From Candidatus Latescibacterota bacterium (GTDB lineage Bacteria > Latescibacterota > UBA2968 > GCA-2709665): a stretch of DNA of 64,000 bases. The notes beneath the pieces are model-generated. The model worked only from the letters and a program-made list of their open reading frames with translations, made no database searches and was not told where the DNA came from. The position numbers and the translations under genes were made by a program. The stretch lies in NCBI GenBank assembly GCA_965237675.1, contig OZ250150.1, positions 836,339 through 900,338 on the forward strand, read 5' to 3'. Positions 28,473 to 37,641 of this stretch are shown in pieces (position 1 is the first letter of the stretch; the number at the start of each line of letters is the position of its first letter).

Positions 28473-28680
28473 CTATAGTTTACATCCTCCGCAGCAGCAG
28501 TTGAGCCTGTCGAAACGAGCTTGTCGAAATGTGTACGCTGAGCTTGTCGAAGCGCCCGCGTTTCGACACCCGTTCGGTCCCCTTAGACAGCCCTTCACCG
28601 ACCCTTCAACCCTTCCGACGGGCTCAGGGACCGCAAGCTCAGGGAGCGGCTCAGGGAACACCGTATGGTTTACATCCTCC
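28473..28680. repeat. Miniature repeat-rich element bounded by 17-nt direct repeats
   Basis: TAT(A/G)GTTTACATCCTCC occurs at 28473-28489 and 28664-28680. Inside are three GAGC(C/T)TGTCGAA, three GCTCAGGGA, and the inverted pair GTCGAAACG/CGTTTCGAC. Confidence 0.6.
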
Positions 28681-28788
28681 TCTGTAGCAGAGGTAAAAAC
28701 CGTCAACTATTTTCCGTTCCTGGTAATAAGATTTCTTGTGAAATCATAAGAATTCTTATGGTTTCACATCAGATGCCTGGATGGCGGA

Positions 28789-31233
28789 TCAGGATGTCAA
28801 TTTCTCGCGGCGGGGATCGTAGAGGGGTTCGCGCGACACCCAGGCGCGGTAACATTTGCCGAAGTATTCGATTTCGACGGATGTTCCCGGCTTCGCGCAC
28901 TCCTGCGGGAGATAGCCGTAGGCGATGAATTTGCCAATGGTGTATCCGTGGTTGGCGCTGGTGACGTATCCGAGGACGCGGCTGCCGTCCAGTATGGGTT
29001 CTTTCCCCATCACAACCGCACATGGGTCGTCCAGGGTGAGGCAACAGAGTTTCCGGGTGATTCCCTGTTCCCGGATTTTCAACAGGGCGTCTCGCCCCAC
29101 GAAATCGCCTTTGTCGAGTCTGACGGCCCAGCCGATGCCGGCTTCGTAGGGGTTGTATTCCGTATGAATATCCGCGCCCCAGAGGCGGTATCCCTTTCCA
29201 AGACGGAGCGCGTCGAACGCGCCGCCGCCGAGTGCGGCGAGACCATGGGCGCGGCCGACCTCCCAGAGCGTGTCCCACAGGCGAAGCCCGAATTCGGAGG
29301 GCGCGTAGATTTCCCATCCCAGTTCTCCCACGTAGGATACGCGCAGCGCAAGCGCGGGAACGGGACCGATCCGGATCTGCCGTGCGGAAAAATACGGGAA
29401 TGCGCGGTTGGTCAGATCGTCGTTGCAGACCCTTTGAAGGAGCCTTCGGGCTTCGGGGCCCCATAGGCCCAGGCCACAATAGGTGGATGTCACGTCGGCA
29501 ATGTGAACGTCCCCATAATCCGCGGCCTGGAGGGAAATCCAGGCCAGGTCCCGGGCGCCGGCCGCGCCCGTGAGGACCAGAAATCTGTCGCCGGCCAGCC
29601 GTGTGACGGTCAGGTCGCAGGCGATTCCGCCCCGTGAATTGAGCAGGGCCGTATAGATGACCGTGCCGACCGGGCGGTCGATCTGATTGGCTGCGATACG
29701 TTGCAGAAATTCCAGGGCGCCCGCGCCGGCGAACTCGATTTTCGTGAAGGGCGTGAGGTCGCACAGTACGGCGCGGCTTCGCGCGGCCCGGTGTTCGACG
29801 CCCTGAATGGCAGACCAGTATCGCGCTTCCCAGCCGCTTCGCGATGACAGATCGCCGTCTTCCAACAGGCCTCCGTTGGCTTCAAACCACTGCGGGCGTT
29901 CCCAGCCCGCGCCTTCGAAGAAGACGGCATCCAGTTCTTTCAGGCGCGGATGAAAAGGGCTGACGCGCAGGTCGCGCGGATGATCCATCTGTTCCAGCGG
30001 ATGAATAATATCGTAGACTTCGCGGTACTGCTGCGCCCCCCGGGCTTCGATATATTCCGGGGTGTGAACGTGCGGTCCGAAGCGGTTGACATCGGCCTCC
30101 CGGAGGTCGATTTCGGGCGCGCCGGTTTCCATCCATTGGGCCACGGCCTGCCCGACGCCGCCGCCGTGCGTGATCCACACCGCTTCGGCAACCCAGAGCC
30201 CGCGGACGTCGACGGACTCTCCAAGAAGGGGCGACCCGTCCGGTGTGAAGGAGAAAAGGCCGTTGATCCTGTAGTCGAGACCCGCGTGTTCCAGGGCGGG
30301 CAGAAGTTCGTCCGCCGCCTTTCGCGCCACCGTGAAGTGTCCGGGCGTGAAATCCATTATGGAGGGTGAGACCTTTGCTTCATCCGGGCTGACCAGGTCG
30401 TCCGGACTCACGAGCAGGGGTTCGTGTCTGTACGACCCGATGCCATACCGGTCGGCCTGCTGCCGGAAGTACATGGCGTAGTCCTGGTGGCGCAGGATGG
30501 GATGGACGACCTCCCGGGTTTCTCCCGCCAGTTCCGGAAGCGGCGACGTGAGGGCATATAGATGCTGAACGGGCGCGAGCGGAATGGAAATGCCCGCCAT
30601 GCGACCGATTCGAGGCCCCCAGATTCCCGCGCAGATCAACACCTGGTCCGCGGCGATACGACCCCGATCGGTGATGACGGCCCGGACCCGGCCGTTGACA
30701 ACCTCGACGCCGGTGACTGTGGTTCCGCCTCGAAACGTCGCGCCGGGTTCCGAGGCGCGTGCCATGGCTTCGCAGGCGCGTACGGCTTTGGCAATGCCGT
30801 CGGAGGGCACGTAGTACGCGCCATGGATTCGATCCGCATCCAGGAGGGTGAGTTTTGCCCTGGTCTCCTCGGGCGAAATGAGATGGGCTTCCAGGTTCCA
30901 GGACCGGGCGGCGCCCAGTTTGCGCTTCAGGTCTTCCAGCCGTTCGGGCGTGTACGCAACTTCGAGACTTCCGACCCCATAAAAACAGGGCTGGCCGGCC
31001 AGGTTCAGCGCGTTGTAGAGTGCAACCGCGTTTCGCGACAGATCGGTCATCATTTTCGAGAAATTGGTCTGGAAAACCAGTCCGGGCGCATGGGAAGTCG
31101 ACCCGCCGGTATCGAACAGTGGCCCCTGGTCCAGAACCACAATGTCCTTCCAACCCAGCCGGGTGAGATGATACACGGTGCTGCAACCGACGATGCCGGC
31201 GCCGATGACAACCAGGCGCGCGTGGGATTGCAT
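28789..31233 (-). CDS. Dimethylglycine/sarcosine dehydrogenase-family flavoprotein (DAO + GcvT aminomethyltransferase domains)
   Basis: LVVIGAGIVGCSTVYHL FAD-binding motif. ~815 aa with a C-terminal GcvT-like folate-binding part (GYVTSANHGYTIGKFIAYGYLP). Likely start is MQSHARL at 31233. Confidence 0.8.
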   Translation of the reverse strand: MQSHARLVVIGAGIVGCSTVYHLTRLGWKDIVVLDQGPLFDTGGSTSHAPGLVFQTNFSKMMTDLSRNAVALYNALNLAGQPCFYGVGSLEVAYTPERLEDLKRKLGAARSWNLEAHLISPEETRAKLTLLDADRIHGAYYVPSDGIAKAVRACEAMARASEPGATFRGGTTVTGVEVVNGRVRAVITDRGRIAADQVLICAGIWGPRIGRMAGISIPLAPVQHLYALTSPLPELAGETREVVHPILRHQDYAMYFRQQADRYGIGSYRHEPLLVSPDDLVSPDEAKVSPSIMDFTPGHFTVARKAADELLPALEHAGLDYRINGLFSFTPDGSPLLGESVDVRGLWVAEAVWITHGGGVGQAVAQWMETGAPEIDLREADVNRFGPHVHTPEYIEARGAQQYREVYDIIHPLEQMDHPRDLRVSPFHPRLKELDAVFFEGAGWERPQWFEANGGLLEDGDLSSRSGWEARYWSAIQGVEHRAARSRAVLCDLTPFTKIEFAGAGALEFLQRIAANQIDRPVGTVIYTALLNSRGGIACDLTVTRLAGDRFLVLTGAAGARDLAWISLQAADYGDVHIADVTSTYCGLGLWGPEARRLLQRVCNDDLTNRAFPYFSARQIRIGPVPALALRVSYVGELGWEIYAPSEFGLRLWDTLWEVGRAHGLAALGGGAFDALRLGKGYRLWGADIHTEYNPYEAGIGWAVRLDKGDFVGRDALLKIREQGITRKLCCLTLDDPCAVVMGKEPILDGSRVLGYVTSANHGYTIGKFIAYGYLPQECAKPGTSVEIEYFGKCYRAWVSREPLYDPRREKLTS

Positions 31234-31451
31234 GGCGGCCTCTCCGATTATGCCGGACAACGGAATCGCCCGCGCATCAGGGCGACTGAGATGCGCCCAG
31301 ATTCGAATAAATCGCTTGACATTGATACTTCAGTTATTTTCTTTATTATCCTATACCTGGTTGTGGTGTCCTGAAGAAGGGTTTCGGGTACCCGATGATT
31401 CCTGAGACGACCGGAACCTACCAACGAATCACAAGAATAAGGAGGTCTGTT

Positions 31452-32087
31452 ATGCCATTGCGATTGGGAGACGACGCGCCCGATTTCACCGCGCAGACGA
31501 CGGAAGGTACGGTCCGCTTTCACGAATGGCTGGGAGACGGCTGGGGCATCCTGTTCTCGCATCCGGCCGATTTTACGCCGGTTTGTACCACCGAACTGGG
31601 CGTTGTGGCCAAGCTGAAAGCGGAGTTTGCGAAGCGAAACGTAAAGGTCATCGGGGTGAGCGTGGACCCGCTTGATTCCCATAACAGCTGGGTTAGCGAC
31701 ATTAACGAGACCCAGAATACCACCGTAAACTTCCCGCTGATCGCAGATCCGGACAAAAGCGTGGCCAGCATGTACGACATGATCCATCCGAACGAAGACG
31801 ACAAGGCAACGGTACGGTCCGTATTCGTAATCGGGCCGGACAAGAAGGTCAAACTCACATTGACCTATCCGGCTTCTACCGGAAGGAATTTCGCCGAAAT
31901 TCTGCGGGCAATCGATTCGCTGCAGCTCACGGCCTATCACCAGGTGGCCACACCGGCCAACTGGGAGGACGGCGAGGATTGTATCATCGTTCCAGCGGTG
32001 ACCGACGAAGAGGCAACCGAAAAATTCCCCAAGGGGTTTACGACTGTGAAGCCGTATTTGAGGTACACCCCGCAGCCGAACAAATAG
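31452..32087 (+). CDS. 1-Cys peroxiredoxin (Prx6-like)
   Basis: ATG 31452 follows GGAGG. MPLRLGDDAPDF...FSHPADFTPVCTTEL active-site motif. Confidence 0.9.
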   Translation: MPLRLGDDAPDFTAQTTEGTVRFHEWLGDGWGILFSHPADFTPVCTTELGVVAKLKAEFAKRNVKVIGVSVDPLDSHNSWVSDINETQNTTVNFPLIADPDKSVASMYDMIHPNEDDKATVRSVFVIGPDKKVKLTLTYPASTGRNFAEILRAIDSLQLTAYHQVATPANWEDGEDCIIVPAVTDEEATEKFPKGFTTVKPYLRYTPQPNK

Positions 32088-32103
32088 CCGGAATCTTACC
32101 TGT

Positions 32104-32151
32104 CAGCCTGCAATGCTCCTCCTTGAGAGATGCGTTGCAGGCTGTTTTTTT
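32104..32151 (+). terminator. Rho-independent terminator after the peroxiredoxin gene
   Basis: CAGCCTGCAA-N21-TTGCAGGCTG followed by TTTTTTT. Confidence 0.75.
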
Positions 32152-32274
32152 GTTGGGTGCAGCGCACGCTTCGGGTCAACGGTAGAAGGGTACCGCGTTT
32201 CGCGAGCCGGTTGTGGACGCCGCCAATCCAGGGGCTTCTCCGGAAGCCGGAACATCCATCCGAGTCGCCAGGTA

Positions 32275-32952
32275 TTATGTGACGAGTCCGCTTATGTCCT
32301 GCAGGCTGGATATTTCGTAGTGAGGCTCTGGAATGTGCGGTTTGAGTGCTTCACCTTTACGGTTCAGCCAGGCGACCTTGATGCCCGCCCGCCGTGCGCC
32401 GACAATGTCGTCGTCCTGGGAATCGCCCACGTAGAGGGTTTCTTCGGGGCGGCTGCCGATCAGGCGCAGGGCTTCGTGAAAGATTTCCGGTGCCGGCTTG
32501 TAGGAGCGGGCGGACTCGGAACTGACGACCACGGGAAACGCCAGGTTGTTCCTCCTGAGTGCGCGGTTCAGATGGTCGTCATCCGCATTGGATACCACGC
32601 CCGTTCTGAACGAACCGAGTCCGGCCAGCGCGGGCTCGACGTCTTCGAAGATGGGCACATTGGCAAATGCGGCGAACAAGCCGTCGGGGTAGTGTTCGAA
32701 GGAAACTCGTCTGCCGAGGTTCTCGAACGTCTGTCCAAGGCTGATGAGATGCGCCTGCCGCATGGTGTAAAATGTATCGCCCTGAATAAGCGGGAAAAAC
32801 GACCGGTCCCAGGTTTCAAAAAAATCCTGTCCGGACATGCCGACGTCCTGTTCATTGACGATGCGGTCACACAGGGCATGGAGTTTCTCCATGGCGCCAG
32901 CGAGGAGGGTTTCGTAAGCGTCAAATAATATGGTGGTGATACCGTTCGCCAT
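32275..32952 (-). CDS. HAD-superfamily hydrolase (haloacid-dehalogenase type II-like)
   Basis: Motif I ILFDAYETL; VGDSQDDDIVGARRAGIKVAWLNR. Confidence 0.75.
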   Translation of the reverse strand: MANGITTILFDAYETLLAGAMEKLHALCDRIVNEQDVGMSGQDFFETWDRSFFPLIQGDTFYTMRQAHLISLGQTFENLGRRVSFEHYPDGLFAAFANVPIFEDVEPALAGLGSFRTGVVSNADDDHLNRALRRNNLAFPVVVSSESARSYKPAPEIFHEALRLIGSRPEETLYVGDSQDDDIVGARRAGIKVAWLNRKGEALKPHIPEPHYEISSLQDISGLVT

Positions 32953-33010
32953 TAACGGAGATCCTTCCCCACAGTTTCAGATATCGGCTCTCCGCGTTCA
33001 GGGCAAGACG

Positions 33011-34789
33011 CTACTGTCCCGCCCGCTTTGCGGATACGCCACGGCCCCTTGAGGCGACAGGTTCGGTGGGGGCTTCATTGCTGTATAGGGCGCCGCCCCG
33101 CTCGTAGGAAACCGATACCTGCCCGTTGTTGACTTCCAGGCGGGGAACGTTTTGGTTGAAGACGTCCCGGTCAGGGCCGCGCATGACCGCCAACTGGACG
33201 TCAGTCATGTCGGCTACGAGGTCACCCCACCGGTTCTCGGGGTGGGCCATCTCGCCGCCGCTGCGGTTGAAACTGCGGGAGGAATACTTGATGAGAATTG
33301 CCCGGCGGTCGTTTTCGTTTTTCCATGCCAACGCGCCATGCGTCTGTCCCCCGTCCATAAAGAAAAGCACGTCGCCGGCTTTCATTTCGGGCTGGACGAC
33401 CAGGCCCATGTCGTCGTCGCAGGATCGCACGCCGGGCGGCAGGCGGTACTGGGCTTTATGGCTGCCGGGCACGCAGGCGAATCCCCCCATGCCGGCGGGC
33501 ACGTCTCGCAACTGCCAGGTGACCGTCACGGCCTCGCAATAGCTCCGGCCGTTCTGGTAAACATATCCGCGGCCCGGGTTGAGCGGCTCGTTGGCGTCGT
33601 GCAGGGAGTGTCCGGAACCGCCCTTGACGGAGCAGAAGGCCGTGGCGTCGCCCAACCGTCCGCCGCTGGCGCCCATCCAGTTCAGGCGGTGCTCCACGAC
33701 GGGGTGCGCGACCATTCGCCGGAAGGGATTGCAGTAGGGTTCCGGAAGTTGTAGAAGGTTGGACAGCAGCGGCCTGCCGGTTCCAGCCAGAGTTTTCGAT
33801 CCTCTGGAGAGTTCCCTGCCCACTTCGATCCGGTCTTCGTATCTATCGATGGCGTCGTTGGCCTGTTCCAGCCACGCTTCGTCCATCACGTTGCGGAGGA
33901 TGAGGTGACCGCACAGATCCAAGAAGTAGAACTCTTTCTCGTCGATCCCGGATTTCGGATTCCTGACGTAAATGGACGGATGATAGACCTCACGGGATTC
34001 GTCGAGGCGCACCGACTCTCCGTCCGTGAGGATGGTGGGCGGCGGCGTGGTGCTTTTGTAGCCGGGTCGCCAGAGGGAGGCCTTCTGTTCGGCGGTGATG
34101 GCGGACATCCATTCGGGCGTGGGGTTTTCTCCGGTTTTGGGGCCGCTTCCGGCGGAGCGGATGACGCCCCGGCCCGCGAACTCGTAAGAGAGAAGGCGCT
34201 GGGGATCGTTCCCCGCCCACGGTCGCATGCCCTGCAGCAGGGCGCCGGCGACCAGGAGCAGGTCGCCCGCTTTGAGCGTGGGCTGTAGCGTGAGCCCCAT
34301 GTCGTCCGTACCGGTGAGCACGTCGTCGGGGGTCTCCACGTTGGACTTGTGAGAACAGGGTACTATAACGAAACCTCCCGCGCCCGCCTCCGCATCCGCA
34401 AGGGCCCACACGGCGCGAACCGTTTCACTGAAGCGGCGTCCATTCTGGTAGTAGTAGGCCCGGGTGGGATCGCGCGGTTCGTTGCCGCCCTCAAGAGGCG
34501 CATCCGGTTCGCACGTGGCGTCGTAGAGCAATTCCGGTTCGGTTTCCAGACGGAAGCCCTGCCCGACAATCTGATTGAGATACCAGACGAGTTGGGGATC
34601 GATCAGAAGGTCGCGGAAGGGTTTGCGAAGGGGGTGAGGCCACCCCAACATGCCCTGCGACCTCCCGCCGGCATCGATTGCTGAATTCAAGGCGGCGATT
34701 TCTCCCCTTGCCAGTACGCCTCTGACAATAAGGTATCCGCCGACGTCGAAGCAATAGTTCTCTTCGTTGCTCATTGATTCGCGGTCCAT
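33011..34789 (-). CDS. Tandem (two-domain) phytanoyl-CoA dioxygenase (PhyH)-like protein
   Basis: Two internally similar halves, each starting ..YCFDVGGYLIVRGV / FYFLDLCGHLILRNV and containing VPCSHKS / VPGSHKA. ATG 34789 is preceded by GGGAGAAAG. Confidence 0.65.
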   Translation of the reverse strand: MDRESMSNEENYCFDVGGYLIVRGVLARGEIAALNSAIDAGGRSQGMLGWPHPLRKPFRDLLIDPQLVWYLNQIVGQGFRLETEPELLYDATCEPDAPLEGGNEPRDPTRAYYYQNGRRFSETVRAVWALADAEAGAGGFVIVPCSHKSNVETPDDVLTGTDDMGLTLQPTLKAGDLLLVAGALLQGMRPWAGNDPQRLLSYEFAGRGVIRSAGSGPKTGENPTPEWMSAITAEQKASLWRPGYKSTTPPPTILTDGESVRLDESREVYHPSIYVRNPKSGIDEKEFYFLDLCGHLILRNVMDEAWLEQANDAIDRYEDRIEVGRELSRGSKTLAGTGRPLLSNLLQLPEPYCNPFRRMVAHPVVEHRLNWMGASGGRLGDATAFCSVKGGSGHSLHDANEPLNPGRGYVYQNGRSYCEAVTVTWQLRDVPAGMGGFACVPGSHKAQYRLPPGVRSCDDDMGLVVQPEMKAGDVLFFMDGGQTHGALAWKNENDRRAILIKYSSRSFNRSGGEMAHPENRWGDLVADMTDVQLAVMRGPDRDVFNQNVPRLEVNNGQVSVSYERGGALYSNEAPTEPVASRGRGVSAKRAGQ

Positions 34790-34820
34790 ATTTCTTTCTC
34801 CCTGAAATGTGGTTTGGAAA

Positions 34821-35732
34821 TCAGGATCCATCCGCCCATTTTTCCCGTTCCCATTGCTTCTGTCCAATCCGTTCCACGTAGTCCTTGCCTTTGTACTTCA
34901 AAAGCCATCCCTTGAGCGGGACATCGGCATCCGTCGGCTGCCACCATCCTTTGACATCCACCCCGTCGCCCAGAAGTTGGCGTCGAACCGGATCGCATCT
35001 TTCGAGTACCCTATCCGGCATCACGTTGTAGTCCAATCCTCTGAGCCAGCGATAGCTGTATCCCAGGAATACCACTTTTCGCGTTGTATCGGACGTATTC
35101 AACCCCCGCGCATGCCATAAACGCCTGTCGAAGAGGACCGCTGTTCCTGCTTTTACCCGGACCTGCATCATGTCTTCGAAGCCTGACGCCCTGGTTGACC
35201 CATTGCCGCCGTCGGGCCAGCGGTCTGGCGGGATGTCGCGTTTGTGGCTGCCCGGAACGATGCGAATTCCACCCCGGTCGGGGTCGCTGGTGTCAGATAG
35301 CCAGAATGCGACTTTCAGCGAAAGCCGGGGATGTGGACGCTCCATCTCCGGTACGGGACGGCCGCCATCCTGATGCCAGCCGCCGGTTCTCGTATCAGCC
35401 GTGTCTCGCGGCTCCGGCGGATAGTAGACCAGGTGCGAAATATAGTGCTGGACATTCCAGCCCAGTATGTCCCAGATGAGAGGGAATGTACATGGCAAGT
35501 CCAGTAATTCCAGTAAGGCGACGTCTTCGACAATGGTTCGAAATTTGTTCATGATTTGACCGGGCCCGAGCCCCTGTTCTTCGCGTTCACGCGCATCGAC
35601 GCGGTCACAGGCGTCCAACAGCCGTTCCAGCATTCGCGAATCCAGTGCATTTTCGACGATCAGAAAGCCTTTCTGATCGAAGTGTTCCCGCTGTTCGTCC
35701 GTCATACAATGGTCAAGACAGGTTGTGTCCAT
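34821..35732 (-). CDS. Phytanoyl-CoA dioxygenase (PhyH) family protein
   Basis: 303 aa. FDQKGFLIVENAL, WHQDG, IVPGSHK and LWHARG motifs of Fe(II)/2-oxoglutarate dioxygenases. Confidence 0.75.
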   Translation of the reverse strand: MDTTCLDHCMTDEQREHFDQKGFLIVENALDSRMLERLLDACDRVDAREREEQGLGPGQIMNKFRTIVEDVALLELLDLPCTFPLIWDILGWNVQHYISHLVYYPPEPRDTADTRTGGWHQDGGRPVPEMERPHPRLSLKVAFWLSDTSDPDRGGIRIVPGSHKRDIPPDRWPDGGNGSTRASGFEDMMQVRVKAGTAVLFDRRLWHARGLNTSDTTRKVVFLGYSYRWLRGLDYNVMPDRVLERCDPVRRQLLGDGVDVKGWWQPTDADVPLKGWLLKYKGKDYVERIGQKQWEREKWADGS

Positions 35733-35764
35733 TGCTATTTCTCCAACTTACGTATTTGCCGTCG

Positions 35765-35975
35765 TAAAAAGGCGGTAAGAGGGAAGACGGTAGACGGTAG
35801 AAAATCGGGTAGAGGTAAGAGGCAAGAGGGGAGAGGTGGTGGTAACTTTGCCAAATGACACTCCCGCATCGAGAGACTCGCCGAGAGACAGCTAAAGGAG
35901 ACTTTACCGGGAGCGAGACCGGTGGGGTGGTGTGGCCCTCTTACTTCTCACGTCTTACGTCTTCCCGCCTTTTTT
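35765..35975. repeat. ~210-bp element bounded by an imperfect long inverted repeat
   Basis: Left arm AAAAAGGCGGTAAGAGGGAAGACGGTAGACG; right arm CGTCTTACGTCTTCCCGCCTTTTTT. Internal degenerate GGTAGA/GGTAAGAGG reiterations. Confidence 0.5.
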
Positions 35976-36151
35976 AGAATATCGGCCAGAACCTGGGGAA
36001 GGCAAGGACAAAAAACGGGGGGCGCAGGGTATTCGCGTTGATTTTTTCAGCCGGGCACATTAGATTGCGGCACCCCTGCGCCCGTACCTATCTTCTTCAC
36101 CCGGGAAACAGGGCGCACGCGGATGTACATCTTCGAGAAAGTGAGAGTATA

Positions 36152-37549
36152 TTGGCTTCCCGGAAGACAAACGTCGTGTTTATATTAACGGATGACCAGG
36201 GGGTCTGGGCGGCGGGGTGCTACGGCAATCCCGAGATCCGTACGCCCAGTATCGACCGGATCGCGGACACCGGCGTGCGGTTCGAGAATTTTTTCGTGGC
36301 ATCGCCAGTCTGTTCGCCCAGCCGTGCGTCGTTCTTGACGGGACGCATTCCTTCCCAGCATGGCGTCCACGATTGGATCAGAAATGGAAACGTGGGGCCG
36401 GATGCGGCTTCCTACCTGGCGGGAGAGGTGGCGTACACGGATGTGCTGGCGGAACACGGATGGACGTGCGGGATCAGCGGCAAGTGGCATCTGGGCAATA
36501 GCCGGATTCCGCAGCATGGGTTCGAGCACTGGTTTGTGCATCAACGGGGCGGCGGAAAATACAACGATGCGCCGATGGTGCGGGACGGCAGGCTGATTAC
36601 GGCGCCCGGATATGTGACCAACGTGATTACCGACGACGCGCTGGCATTCATCGACCGGCATGCGAACAACGATGACCCGTTCTACCTCGGCGTGCACTAT
36701 ACCGCGCCGCACAGTCCGTGGACGGGGCATCCGCAGGACGTCGTGGATTCCTACGAGGACTGCGCGTTTGCGTCGTGCCCGCAGGAGCCCCGGCATCCCT
36801 GGGCCATCGGGTTGACGGATCAATGTCTGGGCAACCGGGAAAAGTTGAAGGGATATTTCGCCGCCGTGACGGCAATGGACACCGCCGTGGGAAGGATTCT
36901 GGACAGGCTGGAGGCGCACGGCATTCGGGAACAGACACTGGTCGTCTTCGTCAGCGATAACGGGTTCAGTTGCGGGCACCACGGGTTCTGGGGCAAAGGG
37001 AACGGCACGCGTCCCCTGAACATGTACGAGAATTCCGTCAAGGTTCCGGCCGTGATGAGCCATCCGGGACGAATTCCGGAAGGATTCGTACAGCCCGCGA
37101 TGGTGAGCGCGTATGACTTTATGCCGACGCTTCTCGATTACCTGGACCTGCCGCTTCCGGACGGACGAAATCTGCCGGGAAGGAGTTTCCTTCCCGCGTT
37201 GCTCGGCCGCGGAGATTCCGGCCGGGAATTCGTGGTCATTTACGACGAATACGGCCCCACCAGAATGGTGCGGACTGCGGATTGGAAATACGTTCACCGG
37301 TACATGGGAGGGCCGAACGAACTCTACGACCTGGTAAACGATGGGAATGAACGCGAGAATCGGGTGGGAGATGCCGGGCAGGCGTCGCGGGTTTCGGAGA
37401 TGAGGGCAGTGCTGGAGGATTGGTTTTCGATCTATGCGGACCCGGAGAAAGACGGACGCGAGAGGGCCGTTACGGGCGGCGGACAACTGCGGCCGGTCGG
37501 AGGAGATTGGGAGGATGGCCGGGCCGCGTTCAATGAGAAGATCCCTTAG
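36152..37549 (+). CDS. Sulfatase (formylglycine-dependent), no signal peptide
   Basis: FILTDDQG and CSPSRASFLTGR motifs. The probable start is TTG 36152, because the track start at 36038 would add a non-homologous extension. Confidence 0.8.
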   Translation: MASRKTNVVFILTDDQGVWAAGCYGNPEIRTPSIDRIADTGVRFENFFVASPVCSPSRASFLTGRIPSQHGVHDWIRNGNVGPDAASYLAGEVAYTDVLAEHGWTCGISGKWHLGNSRIPQHGFEHWFVHQRGGGKYNDAPMVRDGRLITAPGYVTNVITDDALAFIDRHANNDDPFYLGVHYTAPHSPWTGHPQDVVDSYEDCAFASCPQEPRHPWAIGLTDQCLGNREKLKGYFAAVTAMDTAVGRILDRLEAHGIREQTLVVFVSDNGFSCGHHGFWGKGNGTRPLNMYENSVKVPAVMSHPGRIPEGFVQPAMVSAYDFMPTLLDYLDLPLPDGRNLPGRSFLPALLGRGDSGREFVVIYDEYGPTRMVRTADWKYVHRYMGGPNELYDLVNDGNERENRVGDAGQASRVSEMRAVLEDWFSIYADPEKDGRERAVTGGGQLRPVGGDWEDGRAAFNEKIP

Positions 37550-37641
37550 CCGGTACTCACGCCCGACGCGTGCCGGGGGGCCGGACCGGTCGGCGGTAAG
37601 CCGGCTCGATTGTCAAAAATTGTAAGCGCGAGGAGTAACCC

